This document shows, piece after piece, positions 1 to 8,934 of a DNA stretch of 42,819 bases. This DNA comes from a virus (Duplodnaviria > Caudoviricetes). The stretch's first letter is position 1; each line of letters starts with the position of its first letter. Below the pieces are notes generated by a model. That model was not told the origin of the DNA, did not search any database, and worked only from the letters and a program-made list of their open reading frames with translations. The position numbers and the translations under genes were made by a program. The stretch covers positions 1 through 42,819 of IMG/VR virus record IMGVR_UViG_3300027852_000075; one strand, 5' to 3'.

Positions 1-80
1 AACCAAAATACAGAACCGTTATGGTTAATATTTCAACGTAAGATCTATGAATTACCCCATAACGGTTCTGTATTTTGGTT
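1..80. repeat. 24-bp perfect inverted repeat with 32-nt loop
   Basis: aaccaaaatacagaaccgttatgg (1-24) is the exact reverse complement of ccataacggttctgtattttggtt (57-80). Confidence 0.95.
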
Positions 81-474
81 CTATTATATAAAGAAGGTAG
101 TAGATGGTTGGTTAGCAGAAATAGAACGCAACCCAATAGATGCTAGGGAACTATCAGGTATACTATTAGAGGATGATCCTACAGTAGATCCACTTAGTAC
201 GGATCCTAGGTGTTTTTTAAGATTTAAGGAAAAACGATTACAACAGTTATTAAGAACTTCAACGTTAAGCATAGTCATACAACTAGCTTACTCACACGAT
301 AAAGAATTAGGTGCATTTGTAGAGAGGGACGCAAAAAAGCAGATCAGCTTAATGGACACTTCAATATTAATGTCCATTTATAAAAAATCTTTATCAACAT
401 ATAGAAAAGAGTACAGGACATGCAGAAAAAAATTAAATCAGATGTTTTATCGAAGCGCGCCAAGCAAACGGTGA
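1..474 (+). CDS. Partial hypothetical protein (5' end outside window)
   Basis: Frame 1 is open from base 1 (NQNTEPLWLIFQRKIYELPHNG...) to TGA at 472-474, which overlaps an in-frame ATG of the next gene (TGATG). Not in the supplied ORF track. Confidence 0.65.
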   Translation, partial: NQNTEPLWLIFQRKIYELPHNGSVFWFYYIKKVVDGWLAEIERNPIDARELSGILLEDDPTVDPLSTDPRCFLRFKEKRLQQLLRTSTLSIVIQLAYSHDKELGAFVERDAKKQISLMDTSILMSIYKKSLSTYRKEYRTCRKKLNQMFYRSAPSKR

Positions 475-953
475 TGACCGATCTAGAAACGATAGATAAA
501 ATTTTTGAATACTACTTTGATATGGGGCCTGAACGGTCCCTTCTTAATCTGAGTAAAAAGGTAGGGTACGCTTTTGAAATCATCAAAGAATGGTCAAGTG
601 TGTATGCTTGGGACGAAAAGATAAATGAACGGAACAAAGAATTAGATAGATCCTTTGAAAATTATTACAAGCATAAATCCAGAGACATCAGAAATAGGTT
701 AGTACGTCAAATGGAAAACTTGTTAGGTGAAATGGAATCATGTTCGTTAGGATTGCCTTTCCATGTAAAAGATGTTCAGGACTTCCGTCAACTATCACAG
801 GCTTATGAATCTTTGGTTAGAGCCAATACCATGGCTATGACAAAAGGTGTTGAGGTTGGTAATAATGATGCCCCCACAACTTGGGCAGATTTGTTACAAG
901 CTGCTGCTGGTCAAGATAATACTCCTAAGTTAGAAGATTCTGAAGAAGTTTAA
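474..953 (+). CDS. terS: Probable terminase small subunit
   Basis: Lies directly upstream of TerL with TAATG overlap. N-terminal HTH-like segment (FEYYFDMGPERSLLNLSKKVG...IKEWSSVYAW) followed by a helical region. The track starts at 420; ATG 474, coupled to the upstream TGA, is preferred. Confidence 0.7.
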   Translation: MTDLETIDKIFEYYFDMGPERSLLNLSKKVGYAFEIIKEWSSVYAWDEKINERNKELDRSFENYYKHKSRDIRNRLVRQMENLLGEMESCSLGLPFHVKDVQDFRQLSQAYESLVRANTMAMTKGVEVGNNDAPTTWADLLQAAAGQDNTPKLEDSEEV

Positions 954-2482
954 TGCAGAAACAACTTTCACAGAATGAGGACTGGCGTAGGCAGATTATT
1001 ACACGCTCTCAAAGTGATCCTGCGTGGTGGATTCATGAAATTTTAGGTGATACATTATGGAATAAGCAGCAGGAAATTTGCAATGCTATCGTAAATCATG
1101 AACGTGTTGCAGTACCTGCATCATTCGGAGTTGGTAAAACATTTCTTGCAGCCCGACTTGCTCTTTGGTTCTTATATAATTTTCCTGGTGCTAAAGTAAT
1201 TTCTACTGCACCTACAGGTCGTCAGGTAAAAGATCTACTTTGGTCAGAAATTAGAACTGCCCATAGCAGAGCCAATATGAAGTTGGGCGGTGACCCACTT
1301 CAACTATCGTTAAAAATTTCAGATGATCAATTTGCTGTTGGCTTCAGTACTGAAGAAGGCAACATGGACATGTTCACTGGTTATCACTCCCCCAACCAAT
1401 TAGTAATTTTCGATCAGGCTGGTGGTCTTCCTAGAATGTTCTATGAAGCTGCTGAAGGTTTGATGACATCGGAAAATTGTAGATGGTTAGCTATTAGTAA
1501 TACTGCTATTGCTGATTGTGCGTTTGCTGATATCTGTATGCCTGAACGTGAAAGTTCTCATGGTGATTGGCATATTATCCCTATCACTGCTGAAGAGTCT
1601 CCTAATGTTGTAGCTGGTAGAAACATTTTCCCAGGTCTTGTTGCCTACGACTGGATTGAAAAGCGTAGAAAGGCTTGGGGTACTCAGGATCCTTTGTATA
1701 AGATTTTTGTTAAGGCTCAATTTGTACCTGGTGTACAAATGGTTGTACTTCCCTATGAGTATCTTGTGGAAGCTTATGCTATAGAAGGTGAAGAAGGAGA
1801 CACTCTTGAAATAGGGCTTGACGTAGCCCGTACAGGTCTTGATTCTACTGTGTGGTTTGTTAAAAGTGGAACTAAAGCGTTAGAAGCAATTCGTACTACT
1901 GGTAATGATACCATGACAGTTGCTGGTCTTACTGTTGAGCATAAAAGGACTCTAGAAGAGAAATACAAGAAAAAAGTCAGTGTAATTAAAATTGATATAA
2001 TCGGTATCGGGGCAGGTGTATACGATAGGCTTGCAGAACTTGATCTGCCTGTATTGCCTATCAATAATGCTCAGGTAGAACCTGTTGTAGATAAAGAAAG
2101 GTTTAGCAATGTTCGTGCAGAGATGGCTTGGGCATTTAGGGAAAGGATTTGTAAAGGTGGTGTAGGATTTAAACTGTTAGAATCAGATCGTGAAATTTTT
2201 AATTACCTTAAAGGTGATTTACAAGTACAGAAATATAAGATTACTTCTGCTGGTAAAATACAATTAATCCCTAAAGAAGAGATCAAGAAAGAATTAGGGC
2301 GTTCACCAGATTACTATGATGCTGCTGTAATGGCATATGAAGAACCTGGAGGTGGTCCAGGCTCTGTAGAATTCTTATCAGCAAAACCAGAAGAGAAGGT
2401 TATGTCTGATGAAGATTGGTTGAATATGATGGGCAAAGAAGTGGATATTGATGACCCTAGTTTTCACGAGGTTGAGATTTAA
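953..2482 (+). CDS. terL: Terminase large subunit
   Basis: Q motif (LWNKQQEI), Walker A (ASFGVGKT), TAPTxRQV, Walker B region (LVIFDQAGG), and RNase H-like nuclease motifs (IGLDVARTGLDSTV, IDIIGIGAGVYDRL, GRSPDYYDA). Confidence 0.95.
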   Translation: MQKQLSQNEDWRRQIITRSQSDPAWWIHEILGDTLWNKQQEICNAIVNHERVAVPASFGVGKTFLAARLALWFLYNFPGAKVISTAPTGRQVKDLLWSEIRTAHSRANMKLGGDPLQLSLKISDDQFAVGFSTEEGNMDMFTGYHSPNQLVIFDQAGGLPRMFYEAAEGLMTSENCRWLAISNTAIADCAFADICMPERESSHGDWHIIPITAEESPNVVAGRNIFPGLVAYDWIEKRRKAWGTQDPLYKIFVKAQFVPGVQMVVLPYEYLVEAYAIEGEEGDTLEIGLDVARTGLDSTVWFVKSGTKALEAIRTTGNDTMTVAGLTVEHKRTLEEKYKKKVSVIKIDIIGIGAGVYDRLAELDLPVLPINNAQVEPVVDKERFSNVRAEMAWAFRERICKGGVGFKLLESDREIFNYLKGDLQVQKYKITSAGKIQLIPKEEIKKELGRSPDYYDAAVMAYEEPGGGPGSVEFLSAKPEEKVMSDEDWLNMMGKEVDIDDPSFHEVEI

Positions 2483-2485
2483 GGC

Positions 2486-2514
2486 TTGTGTAATATATAC
2501 TGGTTGCATATACT
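2486..2514 (+). promoter_or_regulatory. Candidate sigma70-like promoter upstream of portal
   Basis: TTGTGT (2486-2491), 17-nt spacer, TATACT (2509-2514) in the 78-nt terL-portal gap. AT-rich context, so a chance match is possible. Confidence 0.35.
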
Positions 2515-2560
2515 AGCGAACAGTCCTACATATAAACCATGGTACAAGGGATGAATCTAC

Positions 2561-4483
2561 GTGAGATCGTTTAGTTTTTCTCAGTGGCTCACCGAGTCAG
2601 GATCGGCAGGGCTTAAAGCCTCAGCTAGTCAAGGGTATCAAAGAATTGCGTGGGTGTATGCATGTGTCAATATCATTGCCACCACTGCTGCCAGTGCCTC
2701 TTTATACTTTTACAAAGGTATAGAGCAGGAAGCACGTAATCGTATAACCGATCCTAATCATCCTGTTAATCAACTTTTCCTCTCTCCTAAAGAACCAGAA
2801 ATACCCTCCTTACGCGAACTCCTAAATAGAACATTTTCGTATTTAGGTATTACAGGTGAAGTTTTTTGGGTGTTTACTAGAAAAAGAGGTCAGCTAACAG
2901 TTCTTGAGGCTAAGGTAGGGTTGAAACCTATTTTTGCTAAAGGTACTAGAAGTACGTTACTTGGTTGGAAAGAAAGAACGTCTGAAGGTAAAATAAAAAC
3001 ATATACCAAAGATCAAGTACTACCAATTATGTATTTTAATCCTGGTGATGAATACAGTGGTTTATCGCCATTGTCTGCTGCTAGGTTAAGTGTCGAAGCT
3101 GAACTTAATATCACTGGTTGGAATTCTTCTTTCTTTAAAACAGGTATGAAAAATCCTTTGTTGTTACAAGCAAAGGGCACTCTTACTAAAGATCAAAAAT
3201 CTGAAATTAAGAAAGAGATAACTAACTATTATAGTGGTATTGAAGGTGGTCACGGAGCTGTACTGCTTCAAGGTAACATTGAAGTAACACCGTTAAACAT
3301 GTCTCCCAAAGATGTAGATTTCATCATGGGCAAGAAGTTAAACAGGGAAGAGATATGTTCGATTTATGGTGTACCACCAGCATTAGTAGGCATTTTTGAA
3401 TATGCGAATTATAGTAATGTACGTGAACAGCGTAAAATCTTCTGGGAGAATACACTTCTTCCTAGAATGGAAAAGATTGCTGATTTAATACAATCAATTA
3501 TTCTTAATAAAGAATTTCCAGGTGTTTCATGTGCATGGGACACTTCTCAAATGTTAGGGTTGAAAGGTGATCCTATTGAACTTGCTAAAGCTGCTAAAGA
3601 ATACCATGCAATGGGGTACGATGCTAAACAGATTTCTGTAATTTTGAATGCTCCTGAATTAGACATGTTTTATAATCCTAAAGGTGAAGAAGATTCTTTA
3701 GTGGATCCTGCAAAGCCGCCTGCTTTAGAACCTGAAAAACCTGATGAGGAAGATGAAGAGGTTCAAGAAGAATCAGCAGCCAATATGTTTGAGAAGAAAA
3801 AGGATGTAGGAAAGTGGTTAACGTTTTACGGTAACATAGATCAAATAGAAGTAGATAAAGCCGTTAGTAAGTTAGAAAAGAACGTAAGGGTGTATACAGA
3901 ACGGCTAGATTCTGCTATGAATAAAGGTATCAAACTCAACTCTAACCGTTGGACTGATCTTTGGCAAGATACCATAGGTAGAGATTTACAAAGAACTGGT
4001 GAAGAAGCTATTCGATCTTCACTTACTGCTATGAAAGCAGTGGCCAATGAAGGCGTGATAGAAGAAGTGACCGATATTAAATCATATATTAATGATGCAA
4101 CACAAATTAAACTTAGAAAGGTTATATCTGATTATATCGAAGAGTCTAAAGCTATGGTGATAAGCATGATTCACGGTTTGAATGAAGGCGATAGCATAGA
4201 ATGGACCCGTTTTAAGGCTTCTACTAAAAATCTTTCTATTACATTGACTACAGGTTTACGTGAACTAATAAAGTTTAAAACTTATGAGTTAGTCGGTGTT
4301 TCTAAATGTGCGTGGGTTTGTCGGGACAACAAACATAAAGTTTTACATGGAAAACAGGTAGAGATAGGTAAGGAATGTTTCCCTATGATCTTAGCAAACC
4401 ATCCTCATCAAAAAGGTATGTCATTATCTGATGTAATTGGTTGCACCTGTACCACTGTACCTGTAGAATTTATTGCATTATAA
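2561..4483 (+). CDS. HK97-family portal protein with C-terminal head-morphogenesis (MuF/SPP1 gp7-like) extension
   Basis: Portal motifs WVYACVNIIA, HPVNQL, GLSPLSAAR, REEICSIYGVPPALVG, YSNVREQ. Then an acidic/Pro linker and a C-terminal W...H..LHG...F...HP...GCTC pattern resembling MuF. Confidence 0.9.
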   Translation: MRSFSFSQWLTESGSAGLKASASQGYQRIAWVYACVNIIATTAASASLYFYKGIEQEARNRITDPNHPVNQLFLSPKEPEIPSLRELLNRTFSYLGITGEVFWVFTRKRGQLTVLEAKVGLKPIFAKGTRSTLLGWKERTSEGKIKTYTKDQVLPIMYFNPGDEYSGLSPLSAARLSVEAELNITGWNSSFFKTGMKNPLLLQAKGTLTKDQKSEIKKEITNYYSGIEGGHGAVLLQGNIEVTPLNMSPKDVDFIMGKKLNREEICSIYGVPPALVGIFEYANYSNVREQRKIFWENTLLPRMEKIADLIQSIILNKEFPGVSCAWDTSQMLGLKGDPIELAKAAKEYHAMGYDAKQISVILNAPELDMFYNPKGEEDSLVDPAKPPALEPEKPDEEDEEVQEESAANMFEKKKDVGKWLTFYGNIDQIEVDKAVSKLEKNVRVYTERLDSAMNKGIKLNSNRWTDLWQDTIGRDLQRTGEEAIRSSLTAMKAVANEGVIEEVTDIKSYINDATQIKLRKVISDYIEESKAMVISMIHGLNEGDSIEWTRFKASTKNLSITLTTGLRELIKFKTYELVGVSKCAWVCRDNKHKVLHGKQVEIGKECFPMILANHPHQKGMSLSDVIGCTCTTVPVEFIAL

Positions 4484-4533
4484 ATGTATGATGATTTTAA
4501 TTAACTTGATCTTCCAATGTGAGAGGTTTTTCT

Positions 4534-6024
4534 ATGAAACACTCGGCGCCATTTAAATTTAAGGGAGCATCAGATAGTTCTTCTGAGAGCGATAAGAAGC
4601 GGTATGCCGCAATAGCATCTACAGATGCTTTAGATCGTGATCGTGAAGTTCTCTTGCCGAAAGGCTGTGTTACTGAGAATTTTATGAAGAACCCTGTGAT
4701 GCTACACATTCATGATTACAGACATGTACCTGTAGGTAAAGTGATCAGTATCAATATAGATGAGAAGGAGGTATCTTTTGAGTTTGAATTTGCAGATACT
4801 CCTTTAGCTAAGGAAATTGAGGAGATGTATGTTAAAGGATACATGTCTGCTTTTTCTGTAGGTTTGTATCCTCTCAAATCAATGTACATTGATGATGACA
4901 CTCCTGAAAAGTTTGAGGTTGAGGTTGCTGATGGTGAGAAGCAAAAGTTTGATCTTACCAAGTACACAATCACTCCTAGACGTTTAGTCCATCAATGGGA
5001 GCTGCTGGAGATTAGTCCAGTTCCAGTTCCTTCTAATCCTGAAGCTCTGTTACAACGGGCAACAGATGGTGTAATTCGCAAGTATTTAGAAGCCGATCAT
5101 TCTGCTGCTCAAGGTCAATTGCTTTCCCAACAAGTAGGTGCTAAGTTTTCTGATTTGAATGCTTCCGTTAAGTCTTTTTTAAAGGACCTTGGAGATTGTC
5201 AGGTTGCAAAAACTGTTGGTAACCATACTACTGCTACTATTGAGGAAGATTGGGACGGTTCTAAAGCCCGTGCTTTATTAGCCAAGTGGGCTTCTGAAGA
5301 TGATAGCGGTGATAAAGCTACAATGGATTGGGGCAAGCTTGCTAAAGGTTTTAGTTGGGTTGATACCGCAAAAGCTGATAAGTTTACTGCCTACAAACTT
5401 CCTCACCATATTATTGATGCGGAAGGTGATTTAGTTGCTGTTTGGCGCGGTGTTACTGGTGCAATGGCTACACTGTTAAGTGCAGACCATGGCATTGACG
5501 AGGATGACCTGGAAGATGTGTACGGTCATTTAGCCCAACATTATGTGGATCACGAAAAACAGGCTCCTGAATTTGGTAAGGAGTACTCTGAAGAAGAATT
5601 GAAGGCTATTGAAGAGGATGGTTGGGAAGATTACTTAGAAACTTTAAGTGCTTCTGAAGAAGATGATTCCTCTGACGATGCGGATGCGGATGATACTGAT
5701 GCGGATGACAAATCCGCTGATAAAGCATCTGATGAGGTTATGAAGTCTCTATTTGCTGATATGTCAGGCACGTTAGAAGAGATGGAAGAGACCATTCGGC
5801 TTCGTATGAACATTTTGGTGAACTTGTTTGAAGAACTTCATCAGGATGTAAAAAAGCTTTCTTCCAAATCTCAGGAAGTGACGGATGATTCTGATGATGA
5901 TTCTGATGATGATCCTGATGATAAGGATATTTCTGATGAAGATGAAAAGGATCTGACTGAAAAATTCAATGAGCTATCTGGTCTTCTTCAAGGCTTAGAA
6001 GCTGATGATTCGCAAACACACTGA
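4534..6024 (+). CDS. HK97-family prohead protease with additional domain and acidic scaffold-like tail
   Basis: ASTDALDRDRE, NPVMLHIHDY (His), SAFSVG (Ser) and WELLEISPVPVPSNPEA. ATG 4534 follows GAGAGG; the track start is 4519. Confidence 0.9.
   Translation: MKHSAPFKFKGASDSSSESDKKRYAAIASTDALDRDREVLLPKGCVTENFMKNPVMLHIHDYRHVPVGKVISINIDEKEVSFEFEFADTPLAKEIEEMYVKGYMSAFSVGLYPLKSMYIDDDTPEKFEVEVADGEKQKFDLTKYTITPRRLVHQWELLEISPVPVPSNPEALLQRATDGVIRKYLEADHSAAQGQLLSQQVGAKFSDLNASVKSFLKDLGDCQVAKTVGNHTTATIEEDWDGSKARALLAKWASEDDSGDKATMDWGKLAKGFSWVDTAKADKFTAYKLPHHIIDAEGDLVAVWRGVTGAMATLLSADHGIDEDDLEDVYGHLAQHYVDHEKQAPEFGKEYSEEELKAIEEDGWEDYLETLSASEEDDSSDDADADDTDADDKSADKASDEVMKSLFADMSGTLEEMEETIRLRMNILVNLFEELHQDVKKLSSKSQEVTDDSDDDSDDDPDDKDISDEDEKDLTEKFNELSGLLQGLEADDSQTH
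5884..5922 (+). repeat. Short coding tandem repeat (12-nt period) encoding DDSD/DDPD
   Basis: gatgattctgatgatgattctgatgatgatcctgatgat lies within the acidic protease tail. Confidence 0.7.
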
Positions 6025-6050
6025 TTATTGAACTCTAGAGGATTAAAATT

Positions 6051-7214
6051 ATGAACATTGATATGAAACAGTTCAAGGAATTTGCAGACTCCTTGAAAGA
6101 CGCACTAACTGCTTTTGATGGTCAGAAAGCTGAGATTGCTGTATTGAAGCAGTCCATCCATGATCTGGAACACAAAGCTTTAACCGTAGCTGCTACGCCA
6201 GGGTATGGTCAGAAAGCTAATTATGGTTTTACTGATGCTGAAGATGCCAAGAATTTCTTGACCTTTGTCAAGGGTGTGTTTGTTCGTGACCCAATGGTTA
6301 AGGATCTGACAGAAGGTACAGATAGCGAAGGTGGTTACCTGGTACCTCAAGAATGGAAGGCACAGCTAATCCAGATGTTGGAAACTTACGGTGTTGCGCG
6401 TCAACAGTGTACTATTATCCCAATGTCTCGGGAAGAGCTTGTTATGCCTAAACTGACCCAAGGTGTACAAACCTACTGGATCGGGGAAGGTAAGACCATT
6501 TCTGAAACTCAACCAGCATTCGGTGAGTTCAAGATGGTTGCTAAGAAGATGGCTGCTCTGGTTCCGATGACTTCTGAACTGCTTGCTGATACAGCTATCC
6601 AAATTGCTAACCTGCTGATGACTCTGTTTGCTCAGGCCATTGCAAAAGAAGAGGATCGTGTTGCTTTTACTGGTAACGTTGCTGGTGATTCTGATCCTTT
6701 CAATGGTATTATGTATGACCCTGATGTAACCAGTATGGCTCTTGCTTCTGGTTCTACTGGTTTTACTGATTTAGATGCTGACTTCATGGCTGACGTTGTA
6801 GCTTCTGTCACTCCAACTGTAGGTTCTGGTGCTCGTTGGTACATGCATCGGACAGTGTTTAATGTCATTCGTAAGATGCAAGGTCTGACATTTGACGGTA
6901 CATCTGCGATGGTTGCTAATAACCAGTATGTGTTTAGTCCTCCACAAGGTACTGATCCTGGTACTATTTGGGGCTATCCATATACAGTAGTTGAAGCGAT
7001 GCCTGGTATTGCTGCTTCTGGTGCTGATACTCCGTTTATGGTATTTGGTAATATGCAACATTATTACATTGCTGATCGTCAACAGATGTCTATAGCACGT
7101 TCTGAGCATGTTGGTTTTGCTCAAGACAAGATTTATCTGCGTGTCCTTCAGCGTGAAGCAATGGGTGCCGCTGTTCCTGAAGCCTTTACGGTTATCAAGA
7201 CTGCTGCCAGTTAA
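6051..7214 (+). CDS. HK97-fold major capsid protein
   Basis: N-terminal coiled-coil delta-like region, GGYLVPQE, YWIGEG, KKMAALVPMTSELLAD, AIAKEEDRVAFTG, GTIWGYP, VFGNMQHYYIADRQ, VPEAF. RBS GAGGA. Confidence 0.96.
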   Translation: MNIDMKQFKEFADSLKDALTAFDGQKAEIAVLKQSIHDLEHKALTVAATPGYGQKANYGFTDAEDAKNFLTFVKGVFVRDPMVKDLTEGTDSEGGYLVPQEWKAQLIQMLETYGVARQQCTIIPMSREELVMPKLTQGVQTYWIGEGKTISETQPAFGEFKMVAKKMAALVPMTSELLADTAIQIANLLMTLFAQAIAKEEDRVAFTGNVAGDSDPFNGIMYDPDVTSMALASGSTGFTDLDADFMADVVASVTPTVGSGARWYMHRTVFNVIRKMQGLTFDGTSAMVANNQYVFSPPQGTDPGTIWGYPYTVVEAMPGIAASGADTPFMVFGNMQHYYIADRQQMSIARSEHVGFAQDKIYLRVLQREAMGAAVPEAFTVIKTAAS

Positions 7215-7231
7215 TAGCTGAGGTATAATTT

Positions 7232-7270
7232 TAAGGGCGGCCTGCATATGGGTCGCCCTTATTTAACATT
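7232..7270 (+). terminator. Rho-independent terminator after capsid gene
   Basis: Stem taagggcggcc / ggtcgccctta (one G-U pair) followed by tttaacatt. Confidence 0.75.
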
Positions 7271-7285
7271 TTGGGGATACTTAGA

Positions 7286-7612
7286 ATGACTCAATATGAA
7301 GTGAAAAGACGTTTATACGATAATCTTAACGGGTTAGCATTTTCTCGTGGTGACTACATAGAGACTGAAGATGATTTATGGGTAGCTCGTTTTGGTTCAG
7401 ATTTAAGACCAAGAGTTGCTCCTGAACATATCAAGGTTGCTATCGTACACGGTACTATTGAAGGTTCCAGCAAAGTAGAAGAGGTAAAGGAAGAAGTAGA
7501 AGAGGTAAAGGAACCAGAACCTGCAAAGGAAGAGCGGCCTACTGGTAGAGCTAAGGTCCAAGTTCGAGGTGATAACAAAGCAATTCTTGGAGACGACTCC
7601 AACGCAAAGTGA
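7286..7612 (+). CDS. Small hypothetical protein downstream of capsid (possible head accessory)
   Basis: ATG 7286 follows GGGGA. Glu/Lys-rich C-terminal half includes a 21-nt-period duplication at 7473-7513 (VEEVKE E VEEVKE). Call is positional only. Confidence 0.65.
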   Translation: MTQYEVKRRLYDNLNGLAFSRGDYIETEDDLWVARFGSDLRPRVAPEHIKVAIVHGTIEGSSKVEEVKEEVEEVKEPEPAKEERPTGRAKVQVRGDNKAILGDDSNAK

Positions 7613-7621
7613 TAATCTGCC

Positions 7622-8269
7622 ATGCCTATTGAAGTTGTTGAATTAGAAGAGTACCTAGCACCAGTTGTTATCAGTGCTACTCAGACATTGCAAATTATAG
7701 ATGCGATGACAGATGAACTAGTCATTGAAGATCCTATTTTACAAATTTGTGCAAGATTAGCTTATTCGCAAATTGCAGGTTATCTCAATAGAGAACTAAT
7801 TTTATTTACCTATACTGAATTGTATTCAGGTGTGGAACCCAAATTTCGTCTTAGGCAAACACCTGTTTCTTCAGTTGATAATGTGTGGGATGAAGATAAC
7901 AATCTTCTTGTTGTAGATACTGATTACACTGTAATTAATAATTACATTAATTTAAAACCTGATACTTCTAATTACCTATCTCAAAACTTTACCACTGGTG
8001 CTGACGAAGATCATTATAATGTGATTGTTGAGTATGGTGGTGGTTATGATCTTTCTAATACAGATCATAGATTGGACAATGCTTTAATTTTACAAACTAT
8101 TGCTAACTACAATAGAAAAGACCATTTAGGTATTCTAAAAGCACAATCTCCTGGAAGTGGTGCAATCTCTATGCCTGAGTTAGAAAGTGGAGATAGCGGT
8201 CATTTAGTAGGTACGGTGAAAGAAATTTTATCTCCGTTAGTATACTACGGACCTGGAGAAACTTGGTAA
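7622..8269 (+). CDS. Head-tail connector/adaptor (HK97 gp6/SPP1 gp15-like) with inserted beta domain
   Basis: AYSQIAGYLNRELI...LRQTPVSSVDNV...VIVEYGGGY...ALILQTIANYN...VKEILSP pattern, and position after the capsid gene. Confidence 0.8.
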   Translation: MPIEVVELEEYLAPVVISATQTLQIIDAMTDELVIEDPILQICARLAYSQIAGYLNRELILFTYTELYSGVEPKFRLRQTPVSSVDNVWDEDNNLLVVDTDYTVINNYINLKPDTSNYLSQNFTTGADEDHYNVIVEYGGGYDLSNTDHRLDNALILQTIANYNRKDHLGILKAQSPGSGAISMPELESGDSGHLVGTVKEILSPLVYYGPGETW

Positions 8270-8934
8270 TGTCATTTTTTGGAGTGTCTGTAGGAGGCGG
8301 TATTCTAGCAAACCTACGACATGTTCTCGGTGCTAAGTTTAAAAGGAGAGGTAGGCGTTCTTGGCAGCGGTATTTTGAAAAAGAGGTGCTCCCTGAGTAT
8401 TCAGAAATTTTAGAAAAGAATGCCAAAGCTTTTGCCAATGAAGGTGGTAGAAGTGGTGAACTCTCCAGAAGTATTTATATTGGTAGAGGTGGCAGAGGAA
8501 GAGGTGTTGCAGCAGTATCTATCAATGTAAAAGGTCCGGCTGCTACGTATGCAAAGATAACTAATTCGGGTGGTGTTATACGAGCTAAGAATGTTAAAAA
8601 TTTAACTATACCGTTAACATCATGGCAGAATTCTTTAGGTCAGAAGATAAAACGGTTATCTGAAATACCTGATCATCGTACATTTCTTATTAAAAGAGAT
8701 AATGCAAAATTGGTAATGTATAAAGAAGGTGGTACATTAATGACCAGTAAGTATGGTAATACTTACATAAAGAAAGGGACTGGTAGAGTTTATCCTATTT
8801 TCTTATTGAGGAAAGCAACAACAATTAAAGGTACACATTGGGCTGATAGGGCTTATGATAAGTCTAAGAAAGAGTTTAATGCAATAATGTTAAAAGCTTT
8901 TGAAAGATGGACTAAAGAATTCGGTAAAGCATAA
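8269..8934 (+). CDS. Neck/tail-completion protein (HK97 gp10-like)
   Basis: Very basic protein with RSGELSRSI, YAKITNSGGVIRAKNVKNLTIPL and TTIKGTHWADRA. ATG 8269 overlaps the upstream TAA; the track start is 8263. Confidence 0.7.
   Translation: MSFFGVSVGGGILANLRHVLGAKFKRRGRRSWQRYFEKEVLPEYSEILEKNAKAFANEGGRSGELSRSIYIGRGGRGRGVAAVSINVKGPAATYAKITNSGGVIRAKNVKNLTIPLTSWQNSLGQKIKRLSEIPDHRTFLIKRDNAKLVMYKEGGTLMTSKYGNTYIKKGTGRVYPIFLLRKATTIKGTHWADRAYDKSKKEFNAIMLKAFERWTKEFGKA

Noticed and set aside
5660-5960. Asp-rich (gat)n tracts as functional DNA repeats
   Set aside because: They are explained as low-complexity acidic linker coding sequence.
953-7214. Intein or intron in terminase, portal or capsid
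   Set aside because: TerL and capsid have normal lengths and continuous motifs. The extra length of portal and protease is C-terminal and lacks intein splice motifs or homing endonuclease signatures.
7224-7229. TATAAT after the capsid gene as a promoter
   Set aside because: There is no plausible -35 at 16-18 nt, and it sits directly before a terminator hairpin.
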